From contig JAFRPC010000028.1 in assembly GCA_017429325.1 (NCBI GenBank), forward strand, positions 2,376-66,375: a stretch of DNA of 64,000 nt, given 5' to 3'. A program made the translations under genes and the position numbers. Below, one piece after another: positions 24,704 through 34,314 of this stretch (positions within the stretch are counted from its first letter, which is position 1; the number at the start of each line of letters is the position of its first letter). This stretch comes from Oscillospiraceae bacterium. Lineage in GTDB: Bacteria; Bacillota; Clostridia; Oscillospirales; Oscillospiraceae. Under the pieces are notes generated by a model. It ran no database searches. It saw only the letters and a program-made list of their open reading frames with translations, and was not told where the DNA came from.

Positions 24704-26071
24704 TTACAGCTTCTTGTAGAGCTCGTCGAAGCAGCGCAGGCCCTCGGCGCTGAGGCTGAGGGTGAAGTCGAACTTCTTGATGCCGAACTCGTCGCCGCCC
24801 AGGGGGTAGAGCCGCCAGAGGAAGCCCTCGCCGTGGCCGCGCATCCATTTGACGTACAGCTCCCCGTCCCGGAGGAAGACCTCCTCCGGGTAGAAGTTGT
24901 CGTCCTCCTCATGGGCGAATCTGCCGCAGAAGCTCGCCCAGGCGGACTTATCGGGGGTTTGGACCATGCGCTCCTCCAGGGTGCGGACGGGATCGGGCTC
25001 CCGGCCTCTCATGATCTCCCGCATCCCCTGGAAGAAGGCCTCAAAGGCGGGCGTATCCTCGGGGTCGCGGCAGAGCAGGAGGATCAGGACCCGGTCCGCG
25101 TCGAGGAAGCGCTCGTACCGGGTGTGGGCGCCCTTGTGCCAGCCGCCGTGCTCCACAATGCGCCCCTGGTCCGGTTCCTTCGGGATGGCCCAGCCGAAGC
25201 CGTAGCCCTCCCCCTCCTCGTCCACGTACTCCTCGCCATTATTGAGCGTCACGGGGGTGTACATGAGCTGCTGCGTTTCCGCGGTGAGCAGGCTCCCTTC
25301 CCGCAGGACCCGGTCCCACCGGAACAGGTCGAGGATGTTGGAATACACGTTGCCCTCGCCGCTGGTCCCGTCCTCCGGGATCACGTCGCGGTCGTTTTTC
25401 GAGAAGTCCGGGAGGAGATAGCGCCCGTCCTCCAGCACCATGGCCCGGGCGAAGTTGTCGGAGGGCCAGCCGTCCCGGCGGACGTGGCAGACCGCGGTGG
25501 AATGCAGGCCGGCGGGCTCGAAGACCCGCTGCTTCATGAAATCCTCGAAGGGCAGGCCGGAGACCTGCTCCACGATGAGCGCCAGAAGGCAGTAGTCGCT
25601 GTTGGAATAGCAGGAGTCCTCGCCGGGAGCAAAGTAGGCCTCCGCCCCGCTCTCACAGAGGAAGCGGAGAACGTCATTGTTGTCCGGGATCCGGTTCTCT
25701 TTTTCCCAGATCCCGATCAGCCAGTTGATGTCGTCAAAGTAATCGACCACGCCGCCGGTGTGGGTCAACAGATGGCGGACCGTCACGCCGGGGTACGGGA
25801 GCCCGGGGAAGAACTTCGTAATCTCGTCCTCCAGGTCCAGCAGACCTTCCTGGACCAGCAGCATGATGGCCGCGGCGGTGAACTGCTTGCTGACGGAGGC
25901 CAGATCGAAGACGCTGTCCTCCCGCAGGGGGAGCTTGTCTTCCGTGTCGCGCCAGCCGAGGGCGCCCTTGGAAACGATCTCGCCGTGTTCGGCGTAGAGC
26001 CAGGTCCCGTTGAAAAGCCCCTTCTCGTGGGCCTCGCGGACCATTTTTTCAATCGTTGTTTTCTTATCCAT
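24704..26071 (-). CDS. Beta-lactamase-fold serine hydrolase (S12 / class C-like) with a C-terminal beta-rich domain
   Basis: The SxxK motif SVSKQF and the YxN motif YSNSDY are present. It is a paralogue of 30689..32065. Confidence 0.85.
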   Translation of the reverse strand: MDKKTTIEKMVREAHEKGLFNGTWLYAEHGEIVSKGALGWRDTEDKLPLREDSVFDLASVSKQFTAAAIMLLVQEGLLDLEDEITKFFPGLPYPGVTVRHLLTHTGGVVDYFDDINWLIGIWEKENRIPDNNDVLRFLCESGAEAYFAPGEDSCYSNSDYCLLALIVEQVSGLPFEDFMKQRVFEPAGLHSTAVCHVRRDGWPSDNFARAMVLEDGRYLLPDFSKNDRDVIPEDGTSGEGNVYSNILDLFRWDRVLREGSLLTAETQQLMYTPVTLNNGEEYVDEEGEGYGFGWAIPKEPDQGRIVEHGGWHKGAHTRYERFLDADRVLILLLCRDPEDTPAFEAFFQGMREIMRGREPDPVRTLEERMVQTPDKSAWASFCGRFAHEEDDNFYPEEVFLRDGELYVKWMRGHGEGFLWRLYPLGGDEFGIKKFDFTLSLSAEGLRCFDELYKKL

Positions 26072-26155
26072 ACATACCTCCTGATTATTCTGTACGATCC
26101 CGTTTTCGACGAAACGGGTTTTGGAGCGGGAGGCCTCGCTGTCGCCGCGGGGCGT

Positions 26156-27463
26156 TTACTTACCGGACACCGTCACGCCGTCGAAGGCGATGAAGGGCAG
26201 GCTGCAGGTGCCGTCCCGCAGGACCTCGCTGCTGATGGCACGGACGGTTTTCAGCATGTCCGCGATGCAGCCGCTGATCATGGTCTCGGTCAGCGCGGTC
26301 ACAAGCTTGCCGTTTTCAATGAGGAAGCTGTTCTTGGCCACGCCGGAGAATTCTCCGCTGGGCGACGGCTCGCCGCCGGAGAAGCGCATGACCAGCACGC
26401 CCCGCTCGATCCCGGAAATGATCTCGTCCAGAGACTTGCCCCCGGCGGGAACGTGGGGATAGGGGCACCAGCCGGTGCAGCCGCCCCGGACGCCGCCGGT
26501 CTTGTTGGCGCCGTACTGTGTCAGGGCGAAGCCTGTCAGTCTGCCGTCCCGGATAATATCGTAGTCCTCGGCGCGGTAGCCCTCGTCGGTGAAGCGCTCC
26601 CCTGCCACCACGTCGGCAGCCCGGGGGGCGAAGCGCAGGCTCAGTTGCTCATCGGCGACCTGCTGGCCCAGCTTGTCCTTCCAGATGCTGGTCCCGTCGA
26701 TGAGGGCGTTCTCCCCCACGAAGTTCCAGTTGACCGTGCTGAGCACTAACTCGAACAGGGCCCCGGGAGCCAGGAGCACGGTGCCGGTGAACTTCCCCTC
26801 CAGAGGCTTGCTGTCCACCTGGCGCTCCACGGAGCTGAGTTCCCATTCGATCAGGGCGCAGTCGATGAAGGGCTTGTCCAGATCGGCAAGCTTCGTTTCG
26901 CCGTAGTAGAAGCTGCTCGCCTTCTCCCCCTCGTGGGCGGAATAGGTCAGGGTGAAGTTGTAGCCGCCCTCCGCGGTGCGGCAGCTGACGCCGGCGCTGT
27001 TTTTCAGGACGGTGCGGGTCGCCTTGTGCTCCGTGTACAGTTCCTCGATGATGATCCTGGGATGGCGGGCGGCGATGTCCTCCGCCAGCTCCCGGGTCCG
27101 GGCGAAGAGGCCCTCGGCGTCGCAGACCAGGGGACCTTCCGTGAAGCTCTCGTCTCTGGGCTCGCTGTCGAACTCCCAGGCGTCGTCCGGCTCCGCGCTC
27201 TCGGCGGAGGCGATGCAGTCGGCCACGGCCTTGCGAAGGGCCTCGTCCTCAAAGCTGTTGACGGAGATTGTGCCCTTGCGCCGGTCCTTCAGCACGGAGA
27301 GCTCCACGCTGCGGTCAAACAGCGTCCGCATCAGGGAGAACTCGTTGCCGAGCATATTGAACTCGTGGGTCTCGGTCTCTTTCACAACACATTGGGCGAA
27401 CTGGGCACCGGATTCCTTCGCCGCGTCCAGCACGCGCTGTGCAAGCTGTTCCAGTTTTTCCAT
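26156..27463 (-). CDS. pmbA: PmbA/TldE-like metallopeptidase subunit
   Basis: It has the family layout and lacks HExxxH. The ATG at 27463 has a GGAGGAAG RBS and lies 1 nt after the tldD stop. The track's TTG start at 27478 is less likely. Confidence 0.8.
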   Translation of the reverse strand: MEKLEQLAQRVLDAAKESGAQFAQCVVKETETHEFNMLGNEFSLMRTLFDRSVELSVLKDRRKGTISVNSFEDEALRKAVADCIASAESAEPDDAWEFDSEPRDESFTEGPLVCDAEGLFARTRELAEDIAARHPRIIIEELYTEHKATRTVLKNSAGVSCRTAEGGYNFTLTYSAHEGEKASSFYYGETKLADLDKPFIDCALIEWELSSVERQVDSKPLEGKFTGTVLLAPGALFELVLSTVNWNFVGENALIDGTSIWKDKLGQQVADEQLSLRFAPRAADVVAGERFTDEGYRAEDYDIIRDGRLTGFALTQYGANKTGGVRGGCTGWCPYPHVPAGGKSLDEIISGIERGVLVMRFSGGEPSPSGEFSGVAKNSFLIENGKLVTALTETMISGCIADMLKTVRAISSEVLRDGTCSLPFIAFDGVTVSGK

Positions 27464-27464
27464 C

Positions 27465-28847
27465 TTATCTTCCTCCAATCATGACCTTGCAGCGAAGGGC
27501 GGGACCGCCAAGTCCCACCGGCATCGGCTGCTTTTTGCCGCAGAAGCCGGAGCTCTCCCACTCGACCTGGTCGCTGACCATATCGACGGTCTTGAGCATT
27601 TCAAAGGCGACGCCGGAGATGGTAGTGTCCAGCAGTGCGCGGCCCAGCTTTCCGTTTTTGATCTCATAACCCATGGTAATGCCGAACATGAACTCGCCGG
27701 TGGTGTCCGCCTGTCCGTTGTTGGTGGAGATCAGGTAATAGCCCTCGTCCACGGAGGCGATCATGTCTTCTAACTTGTCCTTGCCGGGGTGGATGGCGGT
27801 GTTGCGCATCCGGATCAGCGGCTCGTCGGAGAAGAGCCAGGCCCGGGCGTTGCCGCAGGGCTCCATGCCAAAGCGCTGGGCGCTCTCGCGGCTGTGCATA
27901 TAGCCGGTCAGAATACCGTTTTCAATGATCTTCGCGTCCCGGGCCAGGGTGCCCTCGTCGTCCACGAAAACGGGCAGGGGGCAGCGCTTCCCGAAGGCGG
28001 TGTGGGCGAAGTCGGTCAGCGACACCAGCTCGCTGGCGACAGGCTTGCCCAGACAGCGGCCCGCCACGCTTCCGCCCAGGACCAGGTCGGCTTCCACGGT
28101 GTGGCCCACGGCCTCGTGGGACAGTATACCGGTCAGCTCCCCGCCCAGGATCACGGTCCGCAGACCCGCGTCGGCGTACACGCCTTCGCGCTTCTGCATG
28201 AGCCGTTCATAGAGCCGGTCGATATCCTGGAAATAAGCCGCCGGGTCGGTGAAATTGAGGTCGAAGGTCCGCTCGCCGCCGAAGGCATGGTACAGCTCCA
28301 CCGGCGTCCCCGCGTCGGTCTCGGCGGTCATATACACGTAGACGTAGGAGCGGGGCAGGACGGTGTGGGCGTCCGTGCCGTCGGAGACGACCAAAAGCTT
28401 CTCCATGGAGTCCTCCGTCGCGTAGATGCGGCGGCTGACCAGCTTGGGGCAGTGCTCCGCGATGTAGTTGTCCAGGGCTCGCGCAAAGTCCGTGTAGACG
28501 CGCTGGGCCGGGTCGTGGATGGCCTCGCAGACGACGCGGCCGGCGGGCAGGGACGGCAGAGCCGGTTTCCTGCCGGGGGCGTGGGCGTTCATAAAGGCAG
28601 CGTTTTCCGCCGCAGCCCGGAGCACCCGCTCCGCGGCCTCGGCGCTGCACTCCGCCATGGAGGAGAAGCCGTAGCGTCCGCCGCGGTAGACCCGGGCGCT
28701 GACGCCCGCGATGTCCGAGCGATTGTTTTCTACAATATCCCCCGCCAGCAGCATGACGTTCCGCTTGCGGTTCCGCTGCATCCGCAGCTCGGTATGCGCG
28801 CCGGGTTCAAACAGGGCTTTCTTTGCAGAGATAAGGTCTTGTAACAT
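27465..28847 (-). CDS. tldD: TldD-like metallopeptidase
   Basis: The HEAVGH (HExxxH) motif is present. The C-terminal GxC...GGP region is typical of TldD. Confidence 0.85.
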   Translation of the reverse strand: MLQDLISAKKALFEPGAHTELRMQRNRKRNVMLLAGDIVENNRSDIAGVSARVYRGGRYGFSSMAECSAEAAERVLRAAAENAAFMNAHAPGRKPALPSLPAGRVVCEAIHDPAQRVYTDFARALDNYIAEHCPKLVSRRIYATEDSMEKLLVVSDGTDAHTVLPRSYVYVYMTAETDAGTPVELYHAFGGERTFDLNFTDPAAYFQDIDRLYERLMQKREGVYADAGLRTVILGGELTGILSHEAVGHTVEADLVLGGSVAGRCLGKPVASELVSLTDFAHTAFGKRCPLPVFVDDEGTLARDAKIIENGILTGYMHSRESAQRFGMEPCGNARAWLFSDEPLIRMRNTAIHPGKDKLEDMIASVDEGYYLISTNNGQADTTGEFMFGITMGYEIKNGKLGRALLDTTISGVAFEMLKTVDMVSDQVEWESSGFCGKKQPMPVGLGGPALRCKVMIGGR

Positions 28848-28887
28848 GGTGATCCTCCTTACGTACAGTACATACAGTTGTATGGTG

Positions 28888-29379
28888 TCAATTTCTGTGG
28901 AGCTCGAAATAGAGGTTCGTCTCCGGGTCCTCGCCCTGGGCGATCACGTGGGCGGGCATTTCCTTTTGGGTGAAGCCGAGCCTGCGATACAGGGCGATGG
29001 CCCTGGCGTTCTCCGGGGCGGGATCCACCCAGACGGTCTCGGCGCCGTTTCGGAAGGCCTCGCGGATGGCGTGGGTCAGGCCTTTGGTCGCGATGTCCCG
29101 GCCCCGGGCTGCGGCGAAGAGCTTGACGTCCAGGGAGGCGCTGCGGGTCTGTTCGTCGATGCTGTAGTTGGTCTCGCCGCAGTAGACGCCGTCCTCGTAG
29201 ATGGACCAGTGATTTGCCCTCGGCCGCACAGCGGACAGCTCTTCGATCCAGGCCCGCAGCGCCTCTTCCGGCTCGTGCAGTCCCTCGGGGAAACCGACGA
29301 AGCGCATCACGTCGCCGTCGGCCCAGAGGCGTTGGATGTTTTTCAGATCCGCAAGGGTCGTTTCTTTGATTTCCAGCAT
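28888..29379 (-). CDS. GNAT family N-acetyltransferase (RimJ/RimL-like)
   Basis: Motifs ARGRDIATKGLTHAIREAF and PENARAIALYRRLGF are present. The start at 29379 follows GGAGG. Confidence 0.8.
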   Translation of the reverse strand: MLEIKETTLADLKNIQRLWADGDVMRFVGFPEGLHEPEEALRAWIEELSAVRPRANHWSIYEDGVYCGETNYSIDEQTRSASLDVKLFAAARGRDIATKGLTHAIREAFRNGAETVWVDPAPENARAIALYRRLGFTQKEMPAHVIAQGEDPETNLYFELHRN

Positions 29380-29398
29380 TTGTGGACCTCCGATCCGG

Positions 29399-30676
29399 TT
29401 ACTCCATCCCGTAGCAGACGTATTCATGGCTGAATTCGTAGCCGAGCTTCTCCGCCAGCCGGACCGAAAGCATGTTGGCCGCGTCCCAGCTGGGATACAG
29501 GCCCTCGTCCAGGCAGGAGAGGATCAGCTTTGCGGCCACGGCGGAGCCCAGGCCCTTGTGGCGCTCTTCCTTGGCGACGTCGATCTCGATCTCGATGCCG
29601 TCCCGGTACCGGGAGTAGGAAGACGCGGCGCCGACGAGCTTGCCTGCCTTCAGTACGGCCCAGCCCCGGCCCAGCTCGAGGAACTGTTCCTTGGTCTCAA
29701 AGATGGAAACACAGTCCTCGTAGTTCTCGTCCTTCCGGCAAAGCTCGTAGAGCTCGCTGTCGATCTTTCGCAGCTCATAGCCCTCGGGAAGGGCGTTGAC
29801 CATGGCCTGCAGCTTCTGCCGGTCAAATTTCGTATCCTTTTTGATGGCATAGCGGATCCGTTTGTAGACGGGGAAGTTCTCCTCCATCAGGGTCGCCCAG
29901 GCCTCGTTCTGCGGCACCACGATCATCCAGCGCTCCGGCTTGCCCCGCAGGAGCTCCGGATCCGGCTCTCCCGCCACGAAGGCGAAATCGCCGATGACGG
30001 CCATGGCGGATCTGGGCTGCTCCGGGTTGGTGACAAGGAGTTTGCCCATCACCCCGTCCAGACAGGAGCGGATGCCGGTGTCGGGATCCACCCATTGGGC
30101 AAAGATGGGTGCGGCTTTTGCCGGATCGTCCAGCTCGAAGACTTTACGATCCTCGTTTTCTGCCTGTTCGGCGTCGGCGGCTTCGTCCCGGAGCTTCAGC
30201 ACGGCGACGATCTCGTCCTCGTCCATCTCCCCGTTCTCCTCGAAACCGAAGGAGGCGTAGAGCTTTTTTGCCACCTCGTTTTCGGGATTGTAGGAGGTGA
30301 CACAGGCCTCCGCCTCTCCGCGGGGCCGGGTCTTGATGAATTCCAGGGCCAGACGCACGGCCTCCCGACCAAAGCCCTGCTTTTGATACCGCTTGTCGAT
30401 CATCAGCCGCCAGAGGCTGTAGTTGTCTTTCAGCGCCTTGGGGGCGTCGGGTCCTTCGAGGGCGGCCTCGTTGTAGCCGATCATCAGGAAACCCACCAGG
30501 GTCTCGTCGTCATAGATGGCGAAGGGCCAGGCGTAAGCCTCCCCCGACATGACGGCCAGATAGGCCTCCGCCAGACTCTCCGTGTTGTTGGCCACGAAGG
30601 GATACTGGGACTCAAAGATATTCAGTTCGATCAGTTCTTCAAAGTTTTCGCCGGTAACTTTTTCCAGACGTACCAT
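29399..30676 (-). CDS. Two-domain GNAT acetyltransferase
   Basis: The N-terminal GNAT has MIDKRYQKQGFGREAVRLALEFI and the C-terminal GNAT has VAKEERHKGLGSAVAAKLILSC. Confidence 0.8.
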   Translation of the reverse strand: MVRLEKVTGENFEELIELNIFESQYPFVANNTESLAEAYLAVMSGEAYAWPFAIYDDETLVGFLMIGYNEAALEGPDAPKALKDNYSLWRLMIDKRYQKQGFGREAVRLALEFIKTRPRGEAEACVTSYNPENEVAKKLYASFGFEENGEMDEDEIVAVLKLRDEAADAEQAENEDRKVFELDDPAKAAPIFAQWVDPDTGIRSCLDGVMGKLLVTNPEQPRSAMAVIGDFAFVAGEPDPELLRGKPERWMIVVPQNEAWATLMEENFPVYKRIRYAIKKDTKFDRQKLQAMVNALPEGYELRKIDSELYELCRKDENYEDCVSIFETKEQFLELGRGWAVLKAGKLVGAASSYSRYRDGIEIEIDVAKEERHKGLGSAVAAKLILSCLDEGLYPSWDAANMLSVRLAEKLGYEFSHEYVCYGME

Positions 30677-30688
30677 TTTTATCTTCCT

Positions 30689-32065
30689 TTACAGCTTTTT
30701 GCAGGGCTGTCCGCCGTTGACGGTCACGCAGCCGTCGCCGAAGGCGATTTTGACCATGCCGAGCTTCCGGCCAAATTCGTTCTCACCGAGGGGATAGAGC
30801 CGGAACTTCAGCTCGTCGCCGTCGTCGTCGAGGGCTTTCGCATAGAGCTCGCCGTCCTGCATCCAAACCTCGTCAATGAGGAAATCGGCGTCCTCGGGAT
30901 GCTCGTATTTGCCGCAGAAGCTTTCCCATTGGGACTTGTCGGGATTCTGGATGGCGAGCTCCTCAATGCTGCGAACGGGCGCGGGTTCCTTGTCCGCGGC
31001 CACGGCCTGCAGGCCGTCCCAATAGCCCTCGAAGGCCCTGTAATCCATGGGATTGCGGCTGTCCAGGATGATCAGGACCCGGTCCGCGTCGATCCAGCGC
31101 TGGAACCAGGTGGCAACGCCGGGCATCCCGCCGCTGTGACAGACTGTAAGGCCAAGCTTTTCGCTGCGGCCAGCGGCCCAGCCGAAGCCGTAGGCCAGGC
31201 CCTCCTCCTCGTCGTAGAAGGCGGGCTCGCCGCTGTTGAGGGTCGCGGGGGTGTACATGAGCTTCTGCTCCTCGAGGGTCAGCACCTTGCCCGCCCGCAG
31301 GGCCCGGTCCCACTTTAGCATGTCGAAGATGGTGGAGTAGACGTAGTCGTCGCCGTTCAGACCGTCGAAGGCCACCACGTCGCCGTCCTCCTCGGAGTCG
31401 ATATCGGCGACGTATTTGCCGTCCTCGAGGACCGACGCCCGGGCGTACTTTTCAAAGGGGACGCCGTCCCGGCGGATGTGGCAGCAGCGGGTGTTGGACA
31501 TCCCGGCGGGCTCGAAGATGTTCTTTTGCAGGAAGTCCTCGAAGGGGACGCCGGTGCGCCGCTCCACCAGCAGGGCCAGCAGATTGTAGCCGGTGTTGGA
31601 GTATTCAAACTTCTCCCCTGGGACGCCGTAGGGCTTTGCCTCGGTCTCACGGAGGAAGCGCAGGATCTCGTCGTTGCCGGGGACCCGTTTCTCTTCCTTC
31701 CAGCGCTGGATGAACCAGTCGGCGTCGTCAAAGTAGTCGGGTACGCCGCCGGTGTGGGACAGCAGATGACGGACGGTCACGCCGGGATAGGGGATCTCGG
31801 GAAAGTATTTCGTGATCTCGTCGTCCAGGCCCAGAAGGCCCTGCCGGACCGTCAGCATGACCGCAGCGGCGGTGAACTGCTTGGTCACGGAGGCCAGCTG
31901 GAAGATCGTGTCCTCCGTGAGAGGCTGGGTGTTTTCCGGGTCCAGGAAGCCCAGGGCGCCCTTGGAGACGATCTCGCCGCCCTCTGCATAGAGCCAGGCG
32001 CCATTGAGACTGCCGCGTTCATAGGCTGCACGGGCCAGGTTTTCTATTAACATTTTCTTATCCAT
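30689..32065 (-). CDS. Beta-lactamase-fold serine hydrolase (S12 / class C-like), paralogue of 24704..26071
   Basis: SVTKQF (SxxK) and YSNTGY (YxN) are present. It is alignable end to end with the paralogue, for example GVTVRHLL(S/T)HTGGV and LYPLG..EFG.K. Confidence 0.85.
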   Translation of the reverse strand: MDKKMLIENLARAAYERGSLNGAWLYAEGGEIVSKGALGFLDPENTQPLTEDTIFQLASVTKQFTAAAVMLTVRQGLLGLDDEITKYFPEIPYPGVTVRHLLSHTGGVPDYFDDADWFIQRWKEEKRVPGNDEILRFLRETEAKPYGVPGEKFEYSNTGYNLLALLVERRTGVPFEDFLQKNIFEPAGMSNTRCCHIRRDGVPFEKYARASVLEDGKYVADIDSEEDGDVVAFDGLNGDDYVYSTIFDMLKWDRALRAGKVLTLEEQKLMYTPATLNSGEPAFYDEEEGLAYGFGWAAGRSEKLGLTVCHSGGMPGVATWFQRWIDADRVLIILDSRNPMDYRAFEGYWDGLQAVAADKEPAPVRSIEELAIQNPDKSQWESFCGKYEHPEDADFLIDEVWMQDGELYAKALDDDGDELKFRLYPLGENEFGRKLGMVKIAFGDGCVTVNGGQPCKKL

Positions 32066-32077
32066 TTTTCTATCTCC

Positions 32078-34054
32078 TTAATCGTCTTTCAATTCCTTTT
32101 CGAGGATCTTGTCTACAAAACCGAAGAGCTTGTCTTCGACCTTGTATGCGAGGGGATTGGAGCCGTTGAACATCGCGGCGGCGCAGAGCTCCTCCTTCAA
32201 AGACAGGATCCAGTAGGCGAGAAAGCATTCGTTTCCGCCGGTGTGGCCCACAATTTCGGGATTCTTGTCGTCCATGCCGATGCACAGACCGTAGCCGTTC
32301 CGCATCGGCGTCACCATGCGCCGGGCTGTCTCCTGCTTCAGCAGGCCGCCCTCGCGGTAACTCTTGGACAGGGCGGCGCCCAGCTTGACCAGCTCCGTGG
32401 GCGTGGTCCAGAGGCCCGCGGCGGCGTGCTCCGGATAGTAGTGCCAGCCGTGGGCGGGGTCCTCCTTCTGTGCGAGTCTGCCGCCGAAGGCCGCGTTCTC
32501 CACAAGGGCTTCGTCCAGGGGCTGGAAGAAGCCGGTCCGGGTCAGGCCGAGAGGCTCTGCGATCTCGGTTTGGAAGGCCTCGCGCAGGGTCGTGCCGGTG
32601 ATACGCTCAAAAGCCAGTTGGGCCAGGATGATGCCGCCGCCGGAGTACATGTGCTGTTTGCCATAGGGCTTGATCCGGCGGATGCGCGGCGTGTTGCCCT
32701 TGCCGCTCAGCACATCCTCCAGGCTGAGAGGCGCGTGGTCCGCCCGGTAGCCAGGGAAGCCGTGGACGTTGAAGCCCGCCGTGTGGCTGAGCAGGGCGGC
32801 GAAGGTCACGGGGCCCTTGACAAACTCCGGCACGACGCCGGAGATGTCCGCGTCCAGGTCGATGAGGCCCTTGTCCACATAGCGCAGCAGGGTCATGGCG
32901 AACATGGGCTTGCTGATGGAGGCCGCCTGGAAGAGGGTTTCCGGGTCCACCGGGCAGTCCTCCCCGAAGCGCCTGCTGCCGGAACAGTAGGTGTCCGCAC
33001 CTTCTCCGTCGCCGATGGCGATGCTGACGCCGTAGCCCCGCCTGCCCCGGAGCCGCAGCATGTTGTCCAGGTCTTCGCCGTAGAAGGTTTTGACGGTCTT
33101 GTTCGGGCCCTTGAGCATCCGCATCAGCACGGCTTCGTCGCCGCAGATGGCTCCGGTCTTCCGGAAGCCGGCTTTCTGATAGACGTGCAGGCCGCACTCG
33201 TTCTCCGGCTCGGTGGACAGATAGAGCCGGTCCGCACCGTTGTCTTTGAAATATTGGATGATCTCCCGCAAGGCGGCCTGGCCGAAGCCCTTGCCCTGCT
33301 CGTTCTGGTCGATCATGAAGCGCCAGAGCCAGTAGCGCTCCGACAGGTCCTTCTCCTCCGGGTCAAAGGAGAACATGCAGAAGCCCACGAGCCGGTCGCC
33401 GCTGTAGATGGCGAAGGGCCGCGCATAGCCCGGATGCTCCGCGTTGGCCTCGTCGGCCTGCCGCAGAGAGACGTCATTGGGGGCGACAAAGGGCTGGTCC
33501 TCCCGGACGGAGAGACGGAGCACCGCCTCGCGGTTGCTCTCGTCGATGGGCCGGAGCTCCACCAGGGGCGTGACCTTCTCCTCGTCTCCGCTGAGATCGA
33601 CGCGGAGGGCCTGGGCCGTGGTGAAGCCCAGCCTGTCATAGATGCGCTTGGCCTTTTTGTTCCATTCCACTACGCTGAGGGTGATGGGCTCGTCATTCTG
33701 TTCCCGGATCCGCTCCATGCCCCAGAGCATGAGCTTCGTGCCGAAGCCCTGATTCCGATACTCCTTTGCGACCACTAAGTTGTCCAGCTCGTTGCCGTAG
33801 ACGCCGACTGAGCCGATGAGCTTCCCGTCCCGGACAAGCAGGTATACGCAGGGGACCTCTTCCTCCTGGAGCGCCTCTAAGCCTTCCATGCAGTCCCAGG
33901 GCTCGACTCGGATGGCCTTCCGCAGGGGGCGATAGCCCTCGTTCATGATGCGCCGGTATTCGGAAAAATACGTTCCGTCGTAGGGGATGCACGCGATGCC
34001 GCTCTTCTCAAAGCCGCTCCCCCTGTATTCCATTTCAAAAACAGTGAATGACAT
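32078..34054 (-). CDS. Tri-domain fusion: GNAT, GNAT and beta-lactamase-fold serine hydrolase (first gene of the operon)
   Basis: GNAT 1 has VAKEYRNQGFGTKLMLWGMERI and GNAT 2 has MIDQNEQGKGFGQAALREIIQYF. The hydrolase domain has ASISKPMF (SxxK), YSGGG and HTGG. Confidence 0.85.
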   Translation of the reverse strand: MSFTVFEMEYRGSGFEKSGIACIPYDGTYFSEYRRIMNEGYRPLRKAIRVEPWDCMEGLEALQEEEVPCVYLLVRDGKLIGSVGVYGNELDNLVVAKEYRNQGFGTKLMLWGMERIREQNDEPITLSVVEWNKKAKRIYDRLGFTTAQALRVDLSGDEEKVTPLVELRPIDESNREAVLRLSVREDQPFVAPNDVSLRQADEANAEHPGYARPFAIYSGDRLVGFCMFSFDPEEKDLSERYWLWRFMIDQNEQGKGFGQAALREIIQYFKDNGADRLYLSTEPENECGLHVYQKAGFRKTGAICGDEAVLMRMLKGPNKTVKTFYGEDLDNMLRLRGRRGYGVSIAIGDGEGADTYCSGSRRFGEDCPVDPETLFQAASISKPMFAMTLLRYVDKGLIDLDADISGVVPEFVKGPVTFAALLSHTAGFNVHGFPGYRADHAPLSLEDVLSGKGNTPRIRRIKPYGKQHMYSGGGIILAQLAFERITGTTLREAFQTEIAEPLGLTRTGFFQPLDEALVENAAFGGRLAQKEDPAHGWHYYPEHAAAGLWTTPTELVKLGAALSKSYREGGLLKQETARRMVTPMRNGYGLCIGMDDKNPEIVGHTGGNECFLAYWILSLKEELCAAAMFNGSNPLAYKVEDKLFGFVDKILEKELKDD

Positions 34055-34096
34055 TGTTAGATTCCTCCAAATTATAATGATAATAAAGCAAATAAC

Positions 34097-34127
34097 AAAA
34101 AGAGCCGTGACAGTCAGTCACGGCTCC
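34097..34127 (-). terminator. Leader terminator 2 (strong hairpin plus U-tract) upstream of the 32078..34054 start
   Basis: On the minus strand the 10-bp stem is gagccgtgac-tgact-gtcacggctc, followed by TTTTTG. Confidence 0.7.
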
Positions 34128-34156
34128 GGAAACAGACAGTTTGCCTCCCAAAAAGA

Positions 34157-34186
34157 CAAAAGAAAACCGTGACAATGATGCCACGG
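34157..34186 (-). terminator. Leader terminator 1 (hairpin plus U-tract)
   Basis: On the minus strand the 8-bp stem is ccgtggca-tcat-tgtcacgg (one G-U pair), followed by TTTTCTTTTG. Confidence 0.65.
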
Positions 34187-34239
34187 CGCAAAAAGCAGAC
34201 AGATATTCTGTCAATTGAAATCAGCGAACCCCGAGGGCA

Positions 34240-34278
34240 TCATGCAATATTCAGTTTCTCCGTCTTTTCGTTACGCAT
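34240..34278 (-). CDS. Candidate 12-codon leader peptide (MRNEKTEKLNIA)
   Basis: An ATG follows a GAGGA RBS 8 nt upstream. The ORF lies between the promoter and the two leader terminators, and its stop codon sits inside an 8-nt segment complementary to terminator 1. Confidence 0.35.
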   Translation of the reverse strand: MRNEKTEKLNIA

Positions 34279-34314
34279 GGGAATATCCTCGCAATTCCAA
34301 GTTTTTCTGAATAG

